From the NCBI GenBank assembly GCA_937895935.1, contig CALBKX010000024.1, positions 8,726 through 72,725 on the forward strand: a stretch of 64,000 bases of DNA, written 5' to 3'. The DNA is from an uncultured Clostridia bacterium. Its GTDB lineage: Bacteria > Bacillota > Clostridia > Christensenellales > UBA1242. Shown piece by piece: positions 9,337 through 20,204 of the stretch. Numbering within the stretch: position 1 is the stretch's first letter; the number at the start of each line of letters is the position of its first letter. The position numbers and the translations under genes are program-made. The notes under the pieces were generated by a model. The model saw only the letters and a program-made list of their open reading frames with translations. It was not told where the DNA came from and searched no databases.

Positions 9337-10747
9337 CTCCCTTTATTTCATTAACAAATATTTGACTATTAGGATATTCTTTCAAAACGTCAAAAACACT
9401 TATGTTATTTTCTTTTGCAATAATTTTTGCAACTTTATCCAAACAAAATCCACTTTGACATCTTCCCATTCCAGCTCTAACTCTTCGTTTAATTCCATCA
9501 ATTGTTAAAACTTTTATAGGTCTATTTAAAGCAAAAACAATATCTCCCTTTGTTATCATTTCACACTTACATATTATTTTTCCAAAACTTGGGTCTTTTT
9601 TTACGAGCATTTCATATTTAGATTTAGGTAAATCTTTTGCTAAAAAATATGGTTTGATTTTATTTGTTGATACCTTTTTACTATTAAAACCGAGTAATTT
9701 AACTACATATTCGGCAATTGCTGGAGCACTGGAAAGTCCCGGAGAGCAAATACCAGCAATATTAATAACATTATTGTTTAATTTACTTTTTTCTACAACA
9801 AAATCATCGTCAACACAAGTTCTTATGCCAGCAAATTGTCTTATGGTCTTTTTTAAATTTAAATTATTAATTAAATTATTTGATTTTAACTTGATTTCAT
9901 TTAAACCTTCAAGAGTGGTTTTTGTAATATTTTCACTAGTGGTTGCATTTGGTCCAACAAGAATATTACCATCAACTGTTGGAGTAATTAAAACTCCTTT
10001 TCCTTTTTGAGAGGGGAGAGGAAATAGTGTTGCGGAAACAATATCTTTTTCACTATGGTCTAAAACATAATATTCTCCACGCCTGAAATTAATATTATAT
10101 TGTTCAACATTAAGCATTTTGGCAATTTCATTGTATCCAAATCCGCTTGCATTAATTATTGTCCTTGCTAAAATTGTTTCGTTGTTTCCTTGGATGTAAA
10201 ATAAATTATTTTTATATTCAATTTTTTCAGTATTAAAAAATGTTCTGTACTTTCCACCATTAATAACACCTTCCTCTGCAAGACATATATTTAGCAAATA
10301 TGGACTAACAATAGCGGACTTTTTTGCAAAAAGACCACAATTTATATTATTGTTTAAATTTGGGATACGTTTAATCAATTCATCTCTTTGTAAAATTTCC
10401 AAATCGCTTGGTTTCAATCCATTTTGTAAGCCACGATCATATAATTTTTTTACAATGTCAAGATTATTGCCTAAAACATAAGCGCCAATTTGTTTATATG
10501 GGACACCTAGTCTTTTGCACATTGTTTTATAAAGATTGCTTCCTCTTACATTAAATTTTGCTTTTAATGTGTTAGGCATTGCATCAAATCCTGCATGAAC
10601 AATGCCTGAATTTGCTTTACTTTCACCTGAGGCAAAATCATTTTTTTCAATTATAATGCAATTTTTGCCTATTCTGCATAATTCACTAAAAATACAAGAG
10701 CCAATAACCCCACCGCCAAATATTGCAATGTCAAAAACATTTTCCAT
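9323..10747 (-). CDS. FAD-dependent glycerol-3-phosphate dehydrogenase/oxidase-like oxidoreductase with BFD-like [2Fe-2S] domain
   Basis: Start set at MENVFDIAIFGGGVIGS (ATG 10747), behind AAGGAG. The C-terminal CKCEMITKGDI...GMGRCQSGFC is a BFD-like Cys motif. The 39-codon upstream extension in the ORF track has no support. Confidence 0.85.
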   Translation of the reverse strand: MENVFDIAIFGGGVIGSCIFSELCRIGKNCIIIEKNDFASGESKANSGIVHAGFDAMPNTLKAKFNVRGSNLYKTMCKRLGVPYKQIGAYVLGNNLDIVKKLYDRGLQNGLKPSDLEILQRDELIKRIPNLNNNINCGLFAKKSAIVSPYLLNICLAEEGVINGGKYRTFFNTEKIEYKNNLFYIQGNNETILARTIINASGFGYNEIAKMLNVEQYNINFRRGEYYVLDHSEKDIVSATLFPLPSQKGKGVLITPTVDGNILVGPNATTSENITKTTLEGLNEIKLKSNNLINNLNLKKTIRQFAGIRTCVDDDFVVEKSKLNNNVINIAGICSPGLSSAPAIAEYVVKLLGFNSKKVSTNKIKPYFLAKDLPKSKYEMLVKKDPSFGKIICKCEMITKGDIVFALNRPIKVLTIDGIKRRVRAGMGRCQSGFCLDKVAKIIAKENNISVFDVLKEYPNSQIFVNEIKGDAND

Positions 10748-10971
10748 AAAGAACTCCTTGTTTACTAAAAATATAAGCAACAATTTCAATTTGGTTTTTG
10801 CTAAAAGCAATTGTTTGCAACCAAACTGCAAAAATGTGAAAAAAAATAATTGTTTTAAATACATATATATTTTAACATTAGTTTTAAACTTTTACAAAAT
10901 AATTATAAGCCAATTACAGTTTTTTTTAATGTGTGAAGACTTTTTAAGATACATAAAAATATGCAAATTAA

Positions 10972-11000
10972 TTGTGTCAAACGCAAAAAAATGATATAAT
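10972..11000 (+). promoter_or_regulatory. Sigma-A type promoter with extended -10, directly abutting the rsmE start codon
   Basis: TTGTGT (10972-10977), a 17-nt spacer containing TG at 10992-10993, then TATAAT (10995-11000). The ATG is at 11008 and no SD lies between. Confidence 0.5.
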
Positions 11001-11007
11001 CTACTTT

Positions 11008-11706
11008 ATGAAAAAATTTTTTGCAAATAAAGTGGACAATGAATTTATTTTTGAAGGTGATGAACTTGCGCATTTTAATGTATTAAGATGTAAGTTGGGT
11101 GAAAATATACTTTGTCTTTGTGAAGACGGATTTGATTATTTATGCGAAGTGACAGTTTTAGGCAAAAAACAGGCTAAAGCAAAAATAATTTCAAAAGAAT
11201 TAAATAACAAAAATCCTAAAATCAACATAACAGTTTTCCAAGGCTTGGTTAAAGGTGAAAAATTAGATTTGATTGTTCAGAAATTAACTGAATTAGGTAT
11301 TACAAATTTATATCCTTTTGAAAGCGAGTTTATTGTTGCTAAAGCAAACAACAACAAAATTAGTAGATTAAACAAAATTAGTCTTGAGGCTTGCAAGCAA
11401 TGTGGGAGAAGTATTCCTTTAAATATTTACGACGTGTTAAGTTTTAATGAAATGATACACAAATTAAAAAATTTTGATATTGTTTTGTTTGCAAACGAAA
11501 AAAATAAAATTAGAAATTTTGATGACATAAAAAATAAAAATAATATAGCAATTGTTGTGGGAAGTGAGGGCGGATTTAGCGACAAGGAAATTGAACAGAT
11601 TAATAGTGTGGGGGCTATTAATTTTGGTTTAGGTGAAAGAATTTTGAGAGCCGAAACTGCTTGTATTGCAATGTCTGCAATAATTGGCTATAATGTAAAT
11701 GTTTAA
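11008..11706 (+). CDS. rsmE: 16S rRNA (uracil1498-N3)-methyltransferase
   Basis: MKKFF... aligns with the MQRYF start of B. subtilis YqeU. VVGSEGGFSDKEI and ERILRAETA motifs are present. It is followed by mtaB, as in Bacillus. Confidence 0.9.
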   Translation: MKKFFANKVDNEFIFEGDELAHFNVLRCKLGENILCLCEDGFDYLCEVTVLGKKQAKAKIISKELNNKNPKINITVFQGLVKGEKLDLIVQKLTELGITNLYPFESEFIVAKANNNKISRLNKISLEACKQCGRSIPLNIYDVLSFNEMIHKLKNFDIVLFANEKNKIRNFDDIKNKNNIAIVVGSEGGFSDKEIEQINSVGAINFGLGERILRAETACIAMSAIIGYNVNV

Positions 11707-11717
11707 AAGAAGGACAA

Positions 11718-12962
11718 ATGAAAATAGTAGTTTATACTTTAGGATGTAAAGTAAATCAATATGAAAGTGAAGGACTAATGTTTAGTCTTAAAAGTTTAGG
11801 TAATGAGGTTTTTTCTGAAATAGTTCCTGCCGATGTATATATTTTAAATTCATGTGCAGTAACTAATGAAGCTGAAAAAAAATCAAGACAAACAATAGCA
11901 AAATTTAAGGCGTGTAATCCAAATGCGAAAATATATGTATGCGGATGTGCTTCACAAAAAAATTCAAAACAATTTAATGATATTGACGGTGTTGTTTATG
12001 TTAAAGGAACAGCCAATAAATTAAGTTTAATTGATGATTTTAACAAAACTGGCGTTGATATAGATGATTTACCTATAACTTATAACGAAGAGTTTAAAGT
12101 TGAACCAACAAAAACTCGTGCGTATATAAAAATTCAGGATGGTTGTAATAATTTTTGCTCTTATTGTGTTATTCCTTATTTAAGAGGAAGAAGTCGTTCT
12201 CGTGATTTAATGAGCATATTGAAAGAGGTAGATGAATTATCTAAATATGTAAAAGAAATTGTCATAACTGGAATTGACATAACAGATTATAAAATAGATG
12301 GCGAAAGGGCTTTTTCAAAACTAATTGAAATGCTTGAGCCATATAAAAACATTAGATTTAGATTGGGTAGTTTAGAACAAGGGTTAATTGATGAAAATTT
12401 TATTAACGCAATGAAAAATTCAAACATTTGTCCACATTTTCATTTATCACTTCAAAGTGGCAGTGATACAGTTTTAAAAAGAATGAATAGAAAATACACT
12501 ACAAAGCAATATTTAAAATCAATTAAATTGATTAACAAAAACTTTAAAAACCCTAGTATTACAACTGATGTTATAGTTGGTTTTCCTCAAGAAACAAATA
12601 AGGAATTTGAAGAAACTCTTAGGTTTGTTAAAAAAGCTGGATTTTATAACATTCATATTTTTCCATACTCGAAACGCTCAGGTACTTTGGCGGAAAAAAT
12701 GCCACAAGTTGACGGAAATATAAAAAAGGAAAGAGTAAAGAAATTATCATTAATTAATGAAAAACTAAATGAAAAATTTATTAAAAAAGCGAAAAGATTT
12801 CAACACCAAATTTTAGTTGAAGAATTTGATGGCGAGTATTATATAGGTTATACTGAAAATTATATCAAATGTTATATAATCGAAAAATGTGAAATAAATG
12901 AATTTGTTAATGTAAAAATAAAGCAAAAATTTAAAGATGGCGCATTAGCTATAAAAATTTAA
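11718..12962 (+). CDS. mtaB: tRNA t6A37 methylthiotransferase MtaB (radical SAM)
   Basis: UPF0004 N-terminal domain (TLGCKVNQYES), radical-SAM motif CNNFCSYCVIP, and a C-terminal TRAM-like domain. Confidence 0.88.
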   Translation: MKIVVYTLGCKVNQYESEGLMFSLKSLGNEVFSEIVPADVYILNSCAVTNEAEKKSRQTIAKFKACNPNAKIYVCGCASQKNSKQFNDIDGVVYVKGTANKLSLIDDFNKTGVDIDDLPITYNEEFKVEPTKTRAYIKIQDGCNNFCSYCVIPYLRGRSRSRDLMSILKEVDELSKYVKEIVITGIDITDYKIDGERAFSKLIEMLEPYKNIRFRLGSLEQGLIDENFINAMKNSNICPHFHLSLQSGSDTVLKRMNRKYTTKQYLKSIKLINKNFKNPSITTDVIVGFPQETNKEFEETLRFVKKAGFYNIHIFPYSKRSGTLAEKMPQVDGNIKKERVKKLSLINEKLNEKFIKKAKRFQHQILVEEFDGEYYIGYTENYIKCYIIEKCEINEFVNVKIKQKFKDGALAIKI

Positions 12963-12972
12963 GGAGGCAAAT

Positions 12973-13308
12973 ATGTGTGATTGTATTTTTTGTAAAATAG
13001 GAAAAGGTGAAATAAGTTCAAAAAAATATTATGAAGATGATGATTTCTTTATAATATCTGATATATCTCCTAAAGCAAAATGTCATTATTTAATGATTCC
13101 AAAAAATCATTATAAATTAATATCTGAGCAAACTGAAAACGATAGAAAAATTATCGCAAAAATGTTTGATGTTTTGCCAAAAATCCAACACGAACTTGGT
13201 TTGGACGGCGGATATAGACTAATTATTAATCAAGGTGAAGACGGCGGACAAGAAGTCCCTCATTTACACATCCATATATTAGGTGGGGAAAAGTTAAAAA
13301 GTTTTTAA
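12973..13308 (+). CDS. HIT family nucleotide hydrolase
   Basis: CIFCKI N-terminus and the histidine triad HLHIHILGG. Confidence 0.9.
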   Translation: MCDCIFCKIGKGEISSKKYYEDDDFFIISDISPKAKCHYLMIPKNHYKLISEQTENDRKIIAKMFDVLPKIQHELGLDGGYRLIINQGEDGGQEVPHLHIHILGGEKLKSF

Positions 13309-13383
13309 ATTAAAACAAATGTTTTTTTCAAACTTTCTATTTGCTTGCAAAATTTGTGCTAATGATGTAATATATAATTTAGT

Positions 13384-14115
13384 ATGGTTTTAGCATCAAT
13401 GCAAAATGAAAAAATTAAGATGTTAAAAAAACTGATGGCAGATAAGTCATTGGTATTTTTTGATAATCCAAAATTAGTTTATGAAGCATATACAGCTGGA
13501 CATAATATACTATACTTAATCAAAAAGGAAGGCTATGTCGGTAAAACCGACTATGGTGGAGAAGTTGTTGAAGTAACTGAAAACGTGTTTAAAACATTTT
13601 CTTCAACTATAAATTCTCAAGGTTTAATTGGGGTTGTAAAATTAAAAGAACAACCTCTTTCCAAACCAAAAGGTAATTTTTTGGTACTTGATAGTCTTCA
13701 AGACCCGGGTAACGTTGGAACTCTTTTAAGGTCGGCTCTTGGTGCAAATTTTTTAGATGTGTATTTGCTAGACTCTGTTAAAATATCAAACGAAAAAGTT
13801 GTTAGATCCTCTATGGGTTCAATATTTAAATTAAGGATGTATCAAACAACAAAGGAAGAGTTTGTTGAAGAATTTAAAAAGTGGAATTATCCATTACTTG
13901 TTTGTGATATGAATGGTGAAAACATTTTTGCATCAAAATTTAGTGGCGTGGTAGGTGTCGCAGTAGGGAATGAGGGAAATGGCATTTCTAGTAAAATTAA
14001 AGCACTCTCTACTAAAATAGTTAAAATTCCTATGCAAAATAACCTTGAAAGTTTAAATGCGGGAGTAAGTGGAAGCATTGTAATGTTTTTAGTAAACAAT
14101 CAAAATAAAAATTAA
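13384..14115 (+). CDS. TrmH/SpoU family RNA 2'-O-methyltransferase
   Basis: LVLDSLQDPGNVGTLLRSA, VAVGNEGNGIS and IPMQNNLESLNAGVSGSI SpoU motifs. The true start could be the internal Met at 13402. Confidence 0.85.
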   Translation: MVLASMQNEKIKMLKKLMADKSLVFFDNPKLVYEAYTAGHNILYLIKKEGYVGKTDYGGEVVEVTENVFKTFSSTINSQGLIGVVKLKEQPLSKPKGNFLVLDSLQDPGNVGTLLRSALGANFLDVYLLDSVKISNEKVVRSSMGSIFKLRMYQTTKEEFVEEFKKWNYPLLVCDMNGENIFASKFSGVVGVAVGNEGNGISSKIKALSTKIVKIPMQNNLESLNAGVSGSIVMFLVNNQNKN

Positions 14116-14226
14116 ATTAATAAGTTAAAAAAATAAAAACTATGTGATGTTAAATTTGAACGTGTCAAATTTTAAGTTGATAAAACCAATACCTTGACAT
14201 ATCAAGGCATCACAGTGTGAATGAAC

Positions 14227-14270
14227 ATTAGTTGCTGGCACATTCCCTTCGGGCTGTTTGCCGACAACTT
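14227..14270 (+). promoter_or_regulatory. Conserved leader hairpin / inverted repeat, copy 1 (upstream of yebC)
   Basis: ATTAGTTGCTGGCA-N18-TGCCGACAACTT. The arms GUUGCUGGCA / UGCCGACAAC pair at 9 of 10 positions with one C-A mismatch. A near-identical element lies at 55477-55519. Confidence 0.4.
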
Positions 14271-14298
14271 ACAAAATAAAGAAATAAAGGAGAAAAAT

Positions 14299-15042
14299 AT
14301 GTCAGGACATTCAAAATGGCACAATATACAAGCAAAAAAAGGCAAAACTGATGCTGCAAGAGGAAAAATTTTTACAAAAATAGGTCGTGAAATCGCGGTA
14401 TGCGTAAAACTTGGTGGGGCAGACCCAAACGTTAATAGTAAATTAAAGGATTTAATAGCAAAAGCAAAATCTAACAATATGCCAAATGACTCTATTCAAC
14501 GTAGTATAAAAAAGGCATCTGGAGAAACAGATTCTGTAAATTATGAAGAAAAAACATATGAAGGTTATGGTGTTGGTGGTACAGCCGTTATTGTTAAAAC
14601 TTTAACAGACAATGTAAATAGAACAAGCGGTGATGTTCGACACGCTTTTGACAAATATTCTGGAAATTTGGGTGCAAATGGTTGTGTATCTTATATGTTT
14701 AAAAGGAAAGGACTAATTGACGTTGAGAAAAATATTAATACTGACGTTGATGAAGTTATGATGCAAGCACTTGATTTTGGTGCATTAGATGTTATTGAAA
14801 ATGATGATTGCATCACAATCGAAACAGAACCAAACAAGGTGAGCGAAATTCAAGAAAAATTAGCAAATGCAGGACTTGTTGTTTTATCTTATGAGGACAC
14901 ATTAGTACCTGATAATTATATTGACTTAGATGCTAAACAAATTGAAACCTTCCAAAAAATGATAGATATTTTGGAAGATAATGATGATGTACAAGAAGTA
15001 ATTCATAATGCTAATTTGCCAGAAGAAGAGGATGAAGATTAG
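14299..15042 (+). CDS. yebC: YebC/PmpR family protein
   Basis: MSGHSKWHNIQAKKGKTDAARGKIFTK is the canonical N-terminus. Start at the ATG at 14299, behind AAGGAG. The track Met at 14221 is an upstream artefact. Confidence 0.93.
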   Translation: MSGHSKWHNIQAKKGKTDAARGKIFTKIGREIAVCVKLGGADPNVNSKLKDLIAKAKSNNMPNDSIQRSIKKASGETDSVNYEEKTYEGYGVGGTAVIVKTLTDNVNRTSGDVRHAFDKYSGNLGANGCVSYMFKRKGLIDVEKNINTDVDEVMMQALDFGALDVIENDDCITIETEPNKVSEIQEKLANAGLVVLSYEDTLVPDNYIDLDAKQIETFQKMIDILEDNDDVQEVIHNANLPEEEDED

Positions 15043-15059
15043 TTTTTAAAGGATAACAA

Positions 15060-15551
15060 ATGAGAATTTTAGGAATAGACCCAGGATACGCTTTAGTTGG
15101 TTATGGACTTATTGACTATGATGGTTACACCCCCAAAATTGTTGACTATGGTGTAATTTCAACTCCAAAAGAAGAAACTTTACCCAATAGGTTGTATGTG
15201 ATTTATAAAACGCTAAAAAAAATTATTGAAGTTTATAAACCAGATGTAGTATCAATAGAGGAATTATTTTACTTTAAAAATCAAAAAACTATAATCCCTG
15301 TTGCTGAAGCGAGAGGTGTAATTGTTTTAACCTGTAAGGAATGTGGCTTAGATGTATATGAGTACACCCCACTACAAATAAAACAAGCATTAACTGGTGT
15401 TGGAAGGGCGGAAAAACAACAAGTTCAATTTATGGTTAAAACTCTTTTAGGACTCGATAAAATTCCAAAACCAGATGACGCCGCTGATGCGGTGGCAGCC
15501 GCTTTGTGTCATTCACAAATTAGTCCAAAAATTAATTTTAATAAATTATAA
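15060..15551 (+). CDS. ruvC: Holliday junction resolvase RuvC
   Basis: MRILGIDPGYA... and PKPDDAADAVAAALCH, the RuvC catalytic Asp motifs. Confidence 0.92.
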   Translation: MRILGIDPGYALVGYGLIDYDGYTPKIVDYGVISTPKEETLPNRLYVIYKTLKKIIEVYKPDVVSIEELFYFKNQKTIIPVAEARGVIVLTCKECGLDVYEYTPLQIKQALTGVGRAEKQQVQFMVKTLLGLDKIPKPDDAADAVAAALCHSQISPKINFNKL

Positions 15552-15645
15552 AATATAACCTTTTTAGTAATTAGGTTTAGCAAAAGAATAAATTAAATGA
15601 ATAAAGTGGACAATTAATAAAATATTTTTAATCAAAGGAAATTTT

Positions 15646-16236
15646 ATGTATTCATATATAATTGGAGTAGTTACTTTAAAAGACATAAACAAAGTAACAT
15701 TAGAAAATAATGGCATAGGCTATGAAATTTTTGTTTCTTCACAAACGTTAGATTCTATTACTTTTGAAAATGAGCCTATAAAAATATATACCTATCTCAA
15801 TGTTAAAGAAGATGAAATGTCATTATTTGGTTTTATAAGCCTTGACGAAAAAGATATGTTTTTAAAACTAATTACAGTAGGTGGGATAGGCCCTAAAATG
15901 GCTATAGCTATTTTGTCCGATATTTCTATATCTAGTTTAAAAAATGCAATCATCAATGAGGATACAAAAAGACTATGCAAACTTAAGGGTCTAGGCAAAA
16001 AAACAGCGGAAAGATTAATATTAGAACTTAAAGACAAAATTAATCCACTTGAAACTCTAGCAAGTAACTTAGTTGAAGATGATGTTGACGAAAATGTTAT
16101 TAATGATGCAATATCAGCACTTGTTGGTCTTGGTCTAAGCAAAAACGAGGCTTTTAAACTTGTGAAGGAAACTGCTAAAAAAGATATGACACTAGAACAA
16201 ATTATTACAAATGTATTAAGAGGAATGAGTAGATAA
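15646..16236 (+). CDS. ruvA: Holliday junction branch migration protein RuvA
   Basis: OB-fold N-terminus, two HhH motifs ([21 protein letters not shown]), and position directly before ruvB. Confidence 0.92.
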   Translation: MYSYIIGVVTLKDINKVTLENNGIGYEIFVSSQTLDSITFENEPIKIYTYLNVKEDEMSLFGFISLDEKDMFLKLITVGGIGPKMAIAILSDISISSLKNAIINEDTKRLCKLKGLGKKTAERLILELKDKINPLETLASNLVEDDVDENVINDAISALVGLGLSKNEAFKLVKETAKKDMTLEQIITNVLRGMSR

Positions 16237-17285
16237 TGGAAGATTTAGATAGATTTATCACTAGCACAAAAAATGCTACTGATTTAGAAATTGAAAATTC
16301 ACTTCGTCCAAGATCAATGAATGATTATGTTGGTCAAGAAAAAATTAAAAATAATCTTAATATTTATATTAAAGCGGCAAAAAATCGTGGAGAAACTTTG
16401 GATCACGTGCTTTTGTATGGTCCTCCAGGACTTGGAAAAACAACCTTGTCACACATTATTGCAAATGAAATGGGGAGCCAAATTAAAATTACCAGTGGCC
16501 CTACAATAGAACACGCCGCTGACCTTGCTGCTATTCTGACAAATTTAAATAAAAATGATGTGTTATTCATTGATGAAATTCATCGCTTGAATAAATCTGT
16601 TGAAGAGGTTTTATATCCCGCTATGGAAGATTTTGCTTTGGACTTTATTGTTGGTAAAGGTCCTTCAGCGAGAAATATGCGTTTAAAAATTCAACCTTTT
16701 ACACTCATTGGCGCCACAACAAGGGCAGGAATGTTAACTGGTCCTCTTCGTGACCGTTTTGGTGTTATTTGTAGGCTTGAACTTTATTCTGTTGATGAAT
16801 TAAAAATAATTATCAATCGTTCTGCAAAAATTTTAAATGTTAAATTAGATGATGATGCTTGTACTGAAATTGCAAGTCGTAGCAGAGGAACACCTAGGCT
16901 CGCAAACCGCTTACTTAAACGTGTTAGGGATTATGCGGATGTTTTAGGCGAAGGGCATATTGACATTAAAATGGCAAAAAAATCGTTAGAATTAATGGAA
17001 ATTGATAATTTAGGTCTTGATGTTATAGATAGAAAGGTTATGCTTGCTATTATAAAAAAATTTGCTGGTGGTCCTGTGGGTTTAGAAACTTTAGCTTCTT
17101 CAACGGGTGAAGATTCAACAACAATTGAAGATGTTTATGAACCTTATCTATTGCAATTAGGCTTTATTGCAAGAACTCCAAGAGGTAGAGTGGCACTAGC
17201 AAAAGCTTATGAACATTTTTGTGTTGAATTATCTGAGGATAAAAAACAACAAATAGAAACATACAAGGTGGCACAAGATGACTGA
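16236..17285 (+). CDS. ruvB: Holliday junction DNA helicase RuvB
   Basis: Walker [10 protein letters not shown], Walker B LFIDEIHR, and [16 protein letters not shown]. Confidence 0.96.
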   Translation: MEDLDRFITSTKNATDLEIENSLRPRSMNDYVGQEKIKNNLNIYIKAAKNRGETLDHVLLYGPPGLGKTTLSHIIANEMGSQIKITSGPTIEHAADLAAILTNLNKNDVLFIDEIHRLNKSVEEVLYPAMEDFALDFIVGKGPSARNMRLKIQPFTLIGATTRAGMLTGPLRDRFGVICRLELYSVDELKIIINRSAKILNVKLDDDACTEIASRSRGTPRLANRLLKRVRDYADVLGEGHIDIKMAKKSLELMEIDNLGLDVIDRKVMLAIIKKFAGGPVGLETLASSTGEDSTTIEDVYEPYLLQLGFIARTPRGRVALAKAYEHFCVELSEDKKQQIETYKVAQDD

Positions 17286-18312
17286 GTTTACTAAAAAAAA
17301 CACTTATAATTATTATCTTCCAGAAGAATTAATAGCACAAAATCCAGCTGAACCACGAGATGGTGCAAAACTTTTAGTTTTTGATAGAAAAACAAAACAA
17401 ATTGAAGATAAAATTTTTAGGGATATTATAGATTATTTAAAACCTGGCGATGTGATTGTTCTTAACAATTCGCGTGTTATTCCTGCTAGAATATTTGGAA
17501 TAAAAGAACAAACAGGAGCACATATTGAAGTTTTACTTCAAAAAAGAATAGATTTAACCGATTGGGAAATAATCGCAAAACCATTTAAACGTTTGAAAAT
17601 TGGTACTATTGTAAAATTTAATGATGAACTTTCAATGAGGGTTGATCAATTATTATCTGATGGTGTTTGCAGAGTTAAGTTTATTTTTAACGGTAGGTTT
17701 GAAGAAATTTTAGATAAAATTGGTTCAATGCCTCTTCCTCCATATATTAGTGAAAAATTAAAAAATAGAGAAGATTATCAAACTGTTTATTCTAAGATTG
17801 AAGGATCGTCTGCTGCTCCTACTGCTGGTCTTCATTGGACAAAAGAACTTTTACAAAAAGTTAAAGAAAAAGGTGTTGAAGTCCTTGAAGTGATGTTACA
17901 CGTTGGACTTGGTACATTTAGGCCAGTAAAAGAAGATGATATTTTAAATCATCAAATGCATTCTGAATATTATGAAATAAGTAATGAGGTTGCAGAAAGA
18001 ATAAATTTGGCTAAAAAAGAAGGCAGAAGAGTTATCGCTTGCGGTACAACTTCTGTCAGAGTTTTGGAAAGTGCTGCTGTTTCAAAAGGGATAATTAAAG
18101 CACATAGCGGTGATACGCAAATATTTATTTATCCACCTTTTGATTTTAAAATTGTAGATGGATTAATAACCAATTTTCACTTGCCTGAAAGCACACTTAT
18201 GATGCTTGTTTCTGCTTTTGAAACAGTTAACGATATAAAAATAATATACAATTATGCAGTAGAGAAAAAATATAGATTTTTTAGTTTTGGTGATGCAATG
18301 TTATTGTTGTAA
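17278..18312 (+). CDS. queA: S-adenosylmethionine:tRNA ribosyltransferase-isomerase
   Basis: [32 protein letters not shown] and CGTTSVR motifs. Confidence 0.95.
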   Translation: MTEFTKKNTYNYYLPEELIAQNPAEPRDGAKLLVFDRKTKQIEDKIFRDIIDYLKPGDVIVLNNSRVIPARIFGIKEQTGAHIEVLLQKRIDLTDWEIIAKPFKRLKIGTIVKFNDELSMRVDQLLSDGVCRVKFIFNGRFEEILDKIGSMPLPPYISEKLKNREDYQTVYSKIEGSSAAPTAGLHWTKELLQKVKEKGVEVLEVMLHVGLGTFRPVKEDDILNHQMHSEYYEISNEVAERINLAKKEGRRVIACGTTSVRVLESAAVSKGIIKAHSGDTQIFIYPPFDFKIVDGLITNFHLPESTLMMLVSAFETVNDIKIIYNYAVEKKYRFFSFGDAMLLL

Positions 18313-18407
18313 TTTAATTATTTAATAATTATATATTCAAACAAAATTGAAAATAACCAAATTAAATTTAATTTAATTAAATTACTCTAAAAAATAAAGG
18401 ATTATAA

Positions 18408-19520
<1,113 letters not shown>

Positions 19521-19654
19521 ATTGTGATAGATTAAAAAATTTGTGCAATTAATCCAAAAAAATTTAAATGAAGTTTTTTATAAATTATACTTGCGTAAAG
19601 ATAAAAAAATAAATTTTGCCTTTTTAATTTGTTTGCTACTATTGTTTGAAAATC

Positions 19655-19692
19655 AAGTGCCCTTTTGTGCATAAAAGGCACTTTTTCTTTTT
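19655..19692 (+). terminator. Rho-independent terminator after tgt
   Basis: AGTGCCTTTT / AAAAGGCACT stem followed by a T-run. Confidence 0.75.
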
Positions 19693-19958
19693 ATAATACA
19701 ATTTTATGATTAATTGGCTATTGATTTTTTAAAAAAACTATATATAATAATAACAAATGACGTTGAAATTTAAACAAGTTTAAATTTTACGATATTGATA
19801 AATCAATCTCACTTTGCTAGTCGCAAAGAAACGTCTTTTAGTTTTGCTTCACGCGGAGAAAATATCGGTTTTTTCTTTATTTTACGCAAAATCTTACGGT
19901 ATGTTTGCAATGCTGACAAATGTTAATTGGAAATTTTATATATTTTATAGGAGCACTT

Positions 19959-20045
19959 ATGATTTTAGCAACTTTTGCACAAATAGCAGTTCCTCTTTTG
20001 GTACTATCATTGTTTGTAATTTTATTTGGTTTTTTAATGAGATAG
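19959..20045 (+). CDS. 28-codon hydrophobic mini-ORF, possible YajC N-terminal remnant
   Basis: AGGAG lies 7 nt upstream of the ATG. It encodes MILATFAQIAVPLLVLSLFVILFGFLMR*. It occupies the slot where yajC sits between tgt and secDF in Firmicutes. It is too short for the ORF track. Confidence 0.3.
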   Translation: MILATFAQIAVPLLVLSLFVILFGFLMR

Positions 20046-20204
20046 TAAATTTTAAATTTAAAAAATAATATTTACAAAACAAATTTTATCATTAAATATT
20101 GTTAAAAATGAAACTTTATTTTATCAAAAATTATATATTTATTGATTAAAATAGTAATAAAGATATCTAAAATCTCATATGTTTAAATCATAGGAGGTTT
20201 TTTT

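Noticed and set aside
14236-14256. TGGCAC inside the leader motif read as a sigma-54 -24 element.
   Set aside because: The required -12 TTGC is not at the fixed distance in either copy (the spacing to the nearest TTGC is wrong or the element is absent). No enhancer-binding-protein gene is nearby.
14221-14298. 26-codon N-terminal extension of YebC in the ORF track (MNISCWHIPFGLF...).
   Set aside because: YebC homologs start at MSGHSKWHNIQ, and that Met has an AAGGAG SD. The extension overlaps the conserved leader motif.
19814-20068. 84-aa track ORF between tgt and the yrzE-like gene.
   Set aside because: It has no SD and an implausible Phe/Cys/Asn-rich product. The 28-codon ORF in another frame (19959-20045) has a proper AGGAG SD and a TM-helix-like product.
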